Source: Candidatus Jordarchaeales archaeon (GTDB lineage Archaea > Asgardarchaeota > Jordiarchaeia > Jordiarchaeales > Freyrarchaeaceae). Taken from it: a DNA stretch of 32,000 nucleotides. The stretch lies in the NCBI GenBank assembly GCA_038858525.1, contig JAWCFL010000009.1:32512-64511 (forward strand), in the 5' to 3' direction. Made by a program: the position numbers and the translations under genes. The notes under the pieces are model-generated. The model was given only the letters and a program-made list of their open reading frames with translations. It did not search any database and was not told the DNA's origin. The first letter of the stretch is position 1, and each line of letters begins with the position of its first letter. Positions 9,807-16,915 of this stretch are shown in pieces.

Positions 9807-10070
9807 ATGCTGGCATCCAGGGTTGACTCTAAAAGGAGGATAAGGATCCCCAAAAAGGTTTTTGAGGCAATGGGCATAAGAGTGGGAGACATTGTCCGCT
9901 GGGTTCTAGTTGGGGAGCGTGTGGCGGCGGTAATCGCCGAGAAGGAAGAGGAGGAGAACGAAGTTCTAAGTTTCCTCGAAAACCTTCCCTCAAAAAAGAT
10001 CGAGAGGACTGGAGAACCGGACTATAAGGAGGCATCGAAGTCCGAGCTCTGGTTGGAGGAAGAAACTTGA
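9807..10070 (+). CDS. AbrB/MazE/SpoVT-family DNA-binding protein (putative VapB-type antitoxin)
   Basis: SRVDSKRRIRIPKKVFEAMGIRVGDIV is the swapped-hairpin signature, followed by an acidic C-terminus. It overlaps the start of the PIN gene. Confidence 0.85.
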   Translation: MLASRVDSKRRIRIPKKVFEAMGIRVGDIVRWVLVGERVAAVIAEKEEEENEVLSFLENLPSKKIERTGEPDYKEASKSELWLEEET

Positions 10071-10513
10071 GCATATTCTTCATAGATTCCGGAGTGGTTT
10101 GGCGCCTGTTAGACCCTCTTCACCCCGAAAGAGAACCCTGCCTTAGTGTGGCACGCCGATGCTTCTCGTCGAAGCCCGACTTCCTCATGGGGGTAAATTC
10201 CGTCGTGATAGTTGAGGCGATGATCAGCCTGGTTAAGCGCTCAAAAATATTACCTTCAACCGCCTCCTCAATAATTCATGATGGCTTTCTCAAAGCGAAG
10301 AGCCGAGTCCTAGTTTACAATGTTACTAGGAACACGCTTCTGGAAGCGCTACGCCTCCAGCGGGAAAACGGAGAAGCCGAGTTCCCTGACTGCGTTATAG
10401 CTGCAACAATGAAGGAAAACAACATTTCAACGATACTAACAACAAACCCGGAACACTTCGAAGCATTCAGCTTCGTGGAGAAAGCTATAGACCCGCGCTT
10501 CACAACGATATGA
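10067..10513 (+). CDS. vapC: PIN-domain ribonuclease (VapC-type toxin)
   Basis: FFIDSG, NSVVIVEA and FPDCVIAATMKENNISTILTTN carry the acidic PIN tetrad pattern. TTG start. Confidence 0.85.
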   Translation: MSIFFIDSGVVWRLLDPLHPEREPCLSVARRCFSSKPDFLMGVNSVVIVEAMISLVKRSKILPSTASSIIHDGFLKAKSRVLVYNVTRNTLLEALRLQRENGEAEFPDCVIAATMKENNISTILTTNPEHFEAFSFVEKAIDPRFTTI

Positions 10514-10573
10514 ACTCCTCCTAGAAAAGCCCGAAAGCAGAAACTCGTCAATAAGCGATTAAAAGACAAAAGT

Positions 10574-10590
10574 AAAAGAAACTTTATTTG
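10574..10590 (+). promoter_or_regulatory. BRE/TATA-like promoter for the lipoate cluster
   Basis: AAAAGAAA followed by CTTTATTT. The spacing favours TTG 10626 as the start of lipS2. Confidence 0.5.
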
Positions 10591-10625
10591 CCTGTGTGGT
10601 TGACCTTCATAGCGGTGGATCTAAA

Positions 10626-11738
10626 TTGGAGCTTGAAGGAGCTCGAAGCCGCGAGTCGCCTGAATATGTGAGGGTGAGCTTGGCTGCCGCTATCACTCTA
10701 GGCATGCGTCCCGGAAGCTTCTTTAGGGGAGCTAAGCTTTACTGTCTAAACCTGCTGCTGACGTATGATGATGGGTGCATCGGCAGGTGCGCCTACTGCG
10801 GGCTTTCAAGGTCTAGGGTCCCCGTGTCAGAGTGGGTTGAGCGCAGCTTCATACGGGTAGACTGGCCTGTTGTCTCCCTCAAGGAAGTCGTGGAGAGAGT
10901 TGCTGAAGGGGTGTGTCAGCACGTTGAGCGCGCTTGCGTCTCCATGGTCACGCATAGGAGGGCTAGGAGGGACACGCTGAAGGTTGTCGAGGCCGTTAAG
11001 AGCGCCATCGATGAGGTCTCAGCCCTAATCTCCCCCACCATAATAGACAAGGAATGGCTTTGGAGCCTTGAGAGCGCCGGCGTCGACAAGGTTGGAGTAG
11101 CTGTGGATGCCGCTACGCCTGAGCTGTTCGAGAAGCTTAGGGGGAGAGGCGTTGGAGGACCTCACAGGTGGGAGAAGTACTGGGAAACAGTTGAGGAATC
11201 CGTGGAGGTTTTCGGGGCATTCAACGTCGGAATCCACCTAATAGTTGGGTTAGGTGAAATGGAGAGAGAAGCAGTTCGCGTCATTCAGACTGCCTACGAT
11301 ATTGGCGCGCTAACACATCTTTTCTCGTTCTTCCCAGAGGCGGGCTCCCTCCTAGAGTCGAAACCCCAGCCTCCCATAGGAAGCTACAGGAGAGTTCAGC
11401 TGGCAAGATACCTTATAAATAAGGGGCTTGCTAGGTATGAGGACATGGGGTTCGACCAGAGGGGGAGAATCATGGATTTCGGGGTCCCAGAAAGTGTTTA
11501 CGTGAAGGTGGTTGAGAGCGGGCTTCCCTTCATGACCTCAGGCTGCTCCAGTAAAAACAGGGAGAACGCGTGTAACAGGCCGTTCTCAGACTTCACACCA
11601 TACCAGGCATACCTGGGCGAAATAAGAAATTACCCTTTCAAGCCCGGCAAAGATGACGTGGAGATAATAAAGCGTCAGCTGGGAGATTACTCCGACACGC
11701 CAGTCAAGGTATGGGTGGAGGAGGCGATCGATGACTAG
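10626..11738 (+). CDS. lipS2: Radical SAM sulfur-insertion enzyme, LipS2-type lipoyl synthase component
   Basis: CX3CX2C motif (CIGRCAYC) and C-terminal TSGC...ACNRP, matching the TxGCPxC(N/D)RP motif described for LipS2 with an insertion. The ORF track start is 10596. Confidence 0.8.
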   Translation: MELEGARSRESPEYVRVSLAAAITLGMRPGSFFRGAKLYCLNLLLTYDDGCIGRCAYCGLSRSRVPVSEWVERSFIRVDWPVVSLKEVVERVAEGVCQHVERACVSMVTHRRARRDTLKVVEAVKSAIDEVSALISPTIIDKEWLWSLESAGVDKVGVAVDAATPELFEKLRGRGVGGPHRWEKYWETVEESVEVFGAFNVGIHLIVGLGEMEREAVRVIQTAYDIGALTHLFSFFPEAGSLLESKPQPPIGSYRRVQLARYLINKGLARYEDMGFDQRGRIMDFGVPESVYVKVVESGLPFMTSGCSSKNRENACNRPFSDFTPYQAYLGEIRNYPFKPGKDDVEIIKRQLGDYSDTPVKVWVEEAIDD

Positions 11739-12732
11739 GGGGCTTAGCCGTCACCAAGTGGTTGACTACTGCTTCGAGTGTGGTTCAGAGGAACTAAGGC
11801 GCCTGCTAGGCGCCGCTTACAGGGTAAGATCCGAAAACTTCCCTAACACCATCCAGTTCTACTTTCCAGGTATGGTTCACTTCGAGGCGAGCTTTCACAG
11901 GGCGGTGAACCCCTACCGTTTCCCTGCGGTATCCGTGACTGGGAAAGCATGCCAGCTGAACTGCGACCACTGCAAAGGCAGACTGCTGAGAAGCATGATG
12001 CCGGCGAAAAAACCCAGGCAACTCTATGAGGCTGCCTTGAAAGTGAAGAAGGAAGGAGGGGCTGGCGTCTTGGTTAGTGGTGGAAGCCTTGCTGACGGCA
12101 GCGTCCCCCTAAAACCGTTCTTCAGTGTGATGAGGAAAATTAAGGACGAGCTGGGCTTGAGCGTTGTTGTCCACACCGGGCTGGTTGACGAGGAGACCGC
12201 CGAGGGCCTTGCATCAGCCGGCGTGGATTGCGCCATGATAGACGTCGTCGGCTCCAACGAAACAATAAGGGAAATACTGCACCTGAACCGAGGCGTTGAG
12301 GAATATATTCGCTCGCTCGAGTTGCTCGAACTTCACGGTGTTCCGTTAGCCCCCCACATAGTGGTGGGGCTTCACAGGGGAATGTTGAGGGGGGAGAGGG
12401 AGGCGCTAAAGGCGATCTGCGAGAGAAAAGTTTCGGCCTTGGTCATCGTTGTCCTGACGCCCTTCGAGTCAACAGAGTCCCCGCCCTCCATAAGGGATGC
12501 GTTGAGGGTTATAGTCGCGGCAAGAATGATGAAGCCGAAAACCCCCCTACTCTTGGGGTGCGCTAGGCCGAAAGGCAAGTATAAGGATGCGCTTGACGTT
12601 TTAAGCATAAAGGCTGGGGTGAACGGGATAGCCTACCCGTCTGAGGTGGCTTACCGTGTGGCAGTTAGACGCAACCTATCCGTTAAGCTTCACGACGAAT
12701 GCTGCTCACTTGCTTGGAGGGATACGAACTGA
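11731..12732 (+). CDS. lipS1: Radical SAM sulfur-insertion enzyme, LipS1-type lipoyl synthase component
   Basis: CQLNCDHC, LLGCARP (the GC(M/A)R motif) and C-terminal ECCS (the CC motif), as described for LipS1. Confidence 0.82.
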   Translation: MTRGLSRHQVVDYCFECGSEELRRLLGAAYRVRSENFPNTIQFYFPGMVHFEASFHRAVNPYRFPAVSVTGKACQLNCDHCKGRLLRSMMPAKKPRQLYEAALKVKKEGGAGVLVSGGSLADGSVPLKPFFSVMRKIKDELGLSVVVHTGLVDEETAEGLASAGVDCAMIDVVGSNETIREILHLNRGVEEYIRSLELLELHGVPLAPHIVVGLHRGMLRGEREALKAICERKVSALVIVVLTPFESTESPPSIRDALRVIVAARMMKPKTPLLLGCARPKGKYKDALDVLSIKAGVNGIAYPSEVAYRVAVRRNLSVKLHDECCSLAWRDTN

Positions 12733-14330
12733 AGCCTGTTTGGCGTCTCCTAGACACCGGGCCTAGGACTGCCGCGGAGAACATGGCGCTTGACGAAGTG
12801 CTACTTGAGTGCAGGGCGATGGGTGTAAGCCCGAACACCTTCCGCCTCTTGAGGTTCAAACCTCCAGCAGTCCTAGTGGGCTACCATCAGGATGTCACTC
12901 AAGAGGTGAGATTGGACTACGTTGAAGAGAAGGGTATACATGTAAATAGGAGGATAACTGGTGGCGGCGCAATATACTTCGACGAAGAGTCAGTCGGCTG
13001 GGAAATCGTGGCTTCGAAAAGTAGCCTTCCACCGTATGGAAGCGTCGAGTCTCTCTTTAGGGTCATGTGTACCGGCGCCGTGAAGGCTCTGGAGAAGCTT
13101 GGGGTTAAGGCGTCTTTTCGCCCAAAGAACGACATAGAAGTTAAGGGGAGAAAGATCTCCGGGACAGGGGGAACGGAGAGGAGTGGAGCTATACTGTTTC
13201 AGGGGACGCTTCTAGTCGACTTTGACGTTGAAACGATGATTAAGGCTTTGAGGGTTCCCGTTGTGAAGCTTAAGGACAAGGAGATACGGTCAGTGAGGGA
13301 GAGGGTCACCTGTCTTTCGTGGGAGCTAGGCTACAAGCCGACCTACGAGGAGGTTAAGAGATGCTTGGTAAGCGGCTTCGAGGAGGCGATGAGCGTGGAA
13401 CTAAGGGAGGCGGGTCTCCTCGAGGAGGAGGAACGGATGCTTCGCGAGAAGTTACCGTACTTCCAGTCTGACGACTGGGTTTTCCTCGACAGGAAGTCGT
13501 CTGAAGAGCCAGCAGTCCTTTACTCCATAGCGAAGAAGCCTGGTGGACTGATAAGAGTGTCGCTGACGGTCGACAAGGAGGCGAAGATAATAAAGAGCTT
13601 ACTCATAACGGGTGACTTCTTCGCTTTCCCACCTAGAGTAATATACGACCTTGAAGCATTCCTGAAGTTCTCGCCGTGCAACGAGGAGGAGATACGTGGA
13701 AAGGTAAGGAAGTTCTTTGAAGCGAGGGGGGAGTGCATCCTCGGAGTCTCCCCAGACGACATCGCCAACCTGATAATTGAAGCCGCTGGAAAACTCTCCT
13801 ATGAAAGGTACGGGTTGAAGGGGGACGAGTTGAACTACATATTCCCCGTCACGGAGAAGGCGTGGATGGTGCCGCTGGGTGAGTGCGACTACCTGCTACT
13901 CCCCTACTGCGCGAAGCACATAGAGTGCAGCTACAGGAGAGTTGAAGGTTGCGAGAAGTGCGGCGTCTGTAGCATTGGGGACGCTTACAGGATGGCTGAG
14001 GAGGCTGGGCTAACCCCAATCACCATACAGAACTTCGAGCACCTCATGGAGGTCCTAAGCCTCATGAAGGAGAGAAAAATGAGGGGCTTCGTGGGGTGCT
14101 GCTGCGAGGCTTTCTACCAGAAGCACAGGGACGAGCTTGAAGCGATGGGCGTTCCTGGAATCATAATAACGATAGACGACAAGACATGTTACGAGCTGGG
14201 GAAAAGCGAGGAAGCATACAGAGGAGACTTTGAAGCCCAGACGAGGATTAAACTGGGCACGTTATCCAAAATAATAGGTAGCATATGCAAGTTCAGGAGT
14301 GGAGGCAGAAATCCAGTTGAAGCTCTGTGA
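12699..14330 (+). CDS. lplA: Lipoate-protein ligase (catalytic plus accessory domains) fused to a C-terminal Cys-rich DUF116-like domain
   Basis: NMALDEVLL, VNRRITGGGAIYFD, PKNDIEVKGRKISGTG, LFQGTLL and accessory-domain ITGDFF. These are followed by LPYCAK..C...CEKCGVCSIG...GCCCE. The true start may be TTG 12714 or CTG 12729. Confidence 0.88.
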   Translation: MLLTCLEGYELKPVWRLLDTGPRTAAENMALDEVLLECRAMGVSPNTFRLLRFKPPAVLVGYHQDVTQEVRLDYVEEKGIHVNRRITGGGAIYFDEESVGWEIVASKSSLPPYGSVESLFRVMCTGAVKALEKLGVKASFRPKNDIEVKGRKISGTGGTERSGAILFQGTLLVDFDVETMIKALRVPVVKLKDKEIRSVRERVTCLSWELGYKPTYEEVKRCLVSGFEEAMSVELREAGLLEEEERMLREKLPYFQSDDWVFLDRKSSEEPAVLYSIAKKPGGLIRVSLTVDKEAKIIKSLLITGDFFAFPPRVIYDLEAFLKFSPCNEEEIRGKVRKFFEARGECILGVSPDDIANLIIEAAGKLSYERYGLKGDELNYIFPVTEKAWMVPLGECDYLLLPYCAKHIECSYRRVEGCEKCGVCSIGDAYRMAEEAGLTPITIQNFEHLMEVLSLMKERKMRGFVGCCCEAFYQKHRDELEAMGVPGIIITIDDKTCYELGKSEEAYRGDFEAQTRIKLGTLSKIIGSICKFRSGGRNPVEAL

Positions 14331-15354
14331 CTTGATCGTTGTTGGGGCTGGCCCGGCAGGCGTAGCAGCAGCTATAAAGTCGGCTGAAGCGGGTTACAGC
14401 ACCATAATAGTCGAGAAGAGCGAGGGGCGGCGGAAGCCATGCGGAGGAGTTCTCACCACGGCGTGCATAGACGTCCTCTCACGTGAGTTAAACTTAAGTC
14501 TGCCCGAGAACGTTCTGAGCTCGCCCAGTAGCCTCAGCCTGTTCTACGTTTCCCCAAGCGGGTATGGGGGACGCGTGAGGAACTACAGTCTCGTGAACGT
14601 TGAAAGGCGTGCCTTCGACGAGTGGCTTAGAAGCGAGGCCTACGAGAGAGGAGCCAAACTGCTTTATGGCGCCAGCCTCGTGGACATCGAGCAGCGTGGC
14701 CGTGAAGTAATTGTTAACGTTAAACATAGGGGGCGAGTGGAGAAACTAGCGGCAAGGTTTCTAGTCGGGTCGGATGGGGCTCTCTCAAAAGTCAGAAGAG
14801 CACTTTATCCCGAAACGAGCTTTAAGCTGGCGTCCGTGGTTCAAGAGCACTGGGATGGTAATGGCGAGATCGAAGATTGCTTTTACATGCTTCTCTTGGG
14901 TTCTGACGTCACTCCTCTCTACGGCTACCTGATACCGAAGGGCTCCACATTAATCATTGGAGCGGGAGCACCGACGCTCAGAGAAGCCAGAGCCAGCCTC
15001 GCGAGGGTCAAGGATGCCCTAAAAGAAATGGACTTTAAGCCATACAGGTTGGTTAGGAAAGAACACTGGTTTATCCCTCAGGGAACAGTTCTGTATGGAG
15101 ACGGAAACATTGTTCTGGCGGGTGACGCTGGAGGCTTCTGCAACCCCTTCTCAGGTGAGGGAATCAGGTTCGCCCTTGAGACAGGGGCAGCCGCCGCACA
15201 AGCCTTGAAAAACGAAGACGGCTTCTCTGAAAGCTACAAGGGAGAAGTGGAGGAGATAGCATCCCTCATAAAGGTTCTTTCCCAATTTATGGTGAGATTA
15301 GATGACGAGGCAAGGGATGAATTTGTTAAACGCGAGCTCCGCAGATTCTTCTAG
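14317..15354 (+). CDS. Geranylgeranyl reductase-family FAD oxidoreductase (LipT-like by gene context)
   Basis: DLIVVGAGPAG, KPCGG, LVGSDG, YGYLIPKG and GDAGGFCNPFSGEGI. It overlaps the ligase stop. The ORF track start is 14299. Confidence 0.8.
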   Translation: MKLCDLIVVGAGPAGVAAAIKSAEAGYSTIIVEKSEGRRKPCGGVLTTACIDVLSRELNLSLPENVLSSPSSLSLFYVSPSGYGGRVRNYSLVNVERRAFDEWLRSEAYERGAKLLYGASLVDIEQRGREVIVNVKHRGRVEKLAARFLVGSDGALSKVRRALYPETSFKLASVVQEHWDGNGEIEDCFYMLLLGSDVTPLYGYLIPKGSTLIIGAGAPTLREARASLARVKDALKEMDFKPYRLVRKEHWFIPQGTVLYGDGNIVLAGDAGGFCNPFSGEGIRFALETGAAAAQALKNEDGFSESYKGEVEEIASLIKVLSQFMVRLDDEARDEFVKRELRRFF

Positions 15355-15385
15355 GAAAAAAGGGGTGGTCCTGTTTCGTCTTCAG

Positions 15386-16741
15386 CTACCATGCCTCATA
15401 ATTTAATCCCCTGTCTTGTAACTCCTTCTTCATCCTGGAGTAGAGTTCCAGGTATTCTTTTCCTGGCTTAAGGGTTTTCATGTCGTACTTCTCCAGTATG
15501 AGAGTCTCGCTGGGGAGGCTAACCTTCACTTTTCCCTCGTATTTTGCGAGCAGCTCCTTCACTATTTCGACGCCGTCGCTTGTCTTGATGCCCGCTGCGG
15601 CCCTCGCCACTTCCCCGCCCCATCTTCCCTCTATTCCCGGCACGCCTCCCGTAAGCCACATTCCCTCCATGCCAGAGATGGTGTTAGTTATGACCGTGGC
15701 AGCGATAGCGTAGAAGGACACGTCGGTCGCCTGCTGCCCCGTAACCCCACCACCATAACTTATCCATGGAACCCTTATGTTCCTCTCTGCGGCGAGTGCT
15801 TGGGCGGAGTTAGCCCAGAAAACGTCTCTTCCCTCGTATCTTCCCTCGACCGTCGCGCTCATGGCTTGGGCAAAGGAGCCGCCGGAGTACGCCATCATTC
15901 CGAGAACATGAGCGATGCCCTCAACAGCAGCCTCCTCTGGGCCTCCTATGTAGGCGTACATGGTGGGACAACTGCTGATCCATGGGTTTATACCGTTCTG
16001 CTGGGCGAAGAATGCTAGGTTAAGCCTGTCATAGTCGATCCTCATGTCCTGTATAATGTGAACTGGGCACATGCAGTTGTGCCTCGTGTAACCTGCAGGG
16101 TGAAATGAGCCCATCACAGCCTTGGCGCTTGACACGCTCATGGGAATCCCTAGATACATGCCGGGTCTGCCTACACGGACTGCCGCCTCCCTGAGAATGA
16201 ATCCCTCAGTTAGCCCTAGGAGGGTTTCGCTGGGAGTCTCGCTCGTCGGCTTCAAGTCACCTATGCCCTGAAGCGGTAAAGCTATAAGTCCGTCAGCGAC
16301 AGGCTCCTTAGCTGCTGAGAGCACGTATGCCTTGTAAAGCTCAATGTTGCTGGTCAGAATTCCGGCGGGCAGAAAGGTCCTCGGCGGATCTCTGTCCTCC
16401 GGCTTCCTGAGCCTCAAAGCGATCTGGTCTCTTCCCTCCCCCAAGACCAGCTCCCTCTTCCTCGTGGCGAGGACCTCCTTGATCTCCTCCTCCGTGAACT
16501 TCACTATTCTCTTCGTGTCCTTATTATACAGGCCAACTTCCAGCAGGAGCTCGAGTCCAGCCTCGAAGATCTCGTCAGCCATACTGGCGTCGGTCATGAC
16601 GACCTCTTCCGGATCGTATTTTATCCCGTGCTCCCTCACGATTTCCTTTATTTTTGACGGGAAAAACTCGGTTTCAAACTCCTCCTCCTTCATGAGAGGA
16701 CCTGTCTGAGACCTTTCCAAAACCTCCCACAGCAACGACAC
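15386..16741 (-). CDS. mtmB: Monomethylamine methyltransferase MtmB-family protein, pyrrolysine-free
   Basis: Collinear with MtmB: FEAGLELLLEVGLYNKDTKRIVKFTEEEI, LGEGRDQI, GRPGM, YAYIGGPEE, GEVARAAAG and YDMKTLKPGKEYLELY. There is no in-frame TAG. GTG start with a GGAGG RBS. Confidence 0.88.
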   Translation of the reverse strand: MSLLWEVLERSQTGPLMKEEEFETEFFPSKIKEIVREHGIKYDPEEVVMTDASMADEIFEAGLELLLEVGLYNKDTKRIVKFTEEEIKEVLATRKRELVLGEGRDQIALRLRKPEDRDPPRTFLPAGILTSNIELYKAYVLSAAKEPVADGLIALPLQGIGDLKPTSETPSETLLGLTEGFILREAAVRVGRPGMYLGIPMSVSSAKAVMGSFHPAGYTRHNCMCPVHIIQDMRIDYDRLNLAFFAQQNGINPWISSCPTMYAYIGGPEEAAVEGIAHVLGMMAYSGGSFAQAMSATVEGRYEGRDVFWANSAQALAAERNIRVPWISYGGGVTGQQATDVSFYAIAATVITNTISGMEGMWLTGGVPGIEGRWGGEVARAAAGIKTSDGVEIVKELLAKYEGKVKVSLPSETLILEKYDMKTLKPGKEYLELYSRMKKELQDRGLNYEAW

Positions 16742-16776
16742 GTTAACCCCTCCGATCTCTTCAAATAAGAGAATTC

Positions 16777-16796
16777 AAAAATATATATGTGTTTTC
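16777..16796 (-). promoter_or_regulatory. BRE/TATA-like promoter for the mtmB-like gene
   Basis: The minus strand reads GAAAACAC-ATATATATTTTT, about 36-55 nt upstream of the start. Confidence 0.5.
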
Positions 16797-16860
16797 TTAA
16801 GGGGAGTTAATGCCACGAGAACGAATTTGCTCCGATTTTAGTCATAGAAACTTCTTCTGA

Positions 16861-16903
16861 GAAAAACTTTTTAGTGAGAAGAGCCGCAATTTTTTCTTTG
16901 CGG
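16861..16903 (+). promoter_or_regulatory. BRE/TATA-like element plus inverted repeat CCGCAA-N8-TTGCGG before the flavoprotein operon
   Basis: GAAAAA-CTTTTTAG at 16861-16874. Inverted repeat arms at 16884-16889 and 16898-16903. Confidence 0.45.
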
Positions 16904-16915
16904 TTGGATGGGAGG

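Noticed and set aside
10626-12732. Biotin synthase annotation for the two radical SAM genes
   Set aside because: The LipS1/LipS2 motifs and the adjacent lipoate ligase fit lipoate assembly better, and no bio genes are nearby.
16148-16153. TAG near the pyrrolysine-equivalent site of mtmB
   Set aside because: The TAG at 16151-16153 is on the non-coding strand; the coding strand reads CTA (Leu). There is no evidence for amber recoding, and no pyl genes are in the window.
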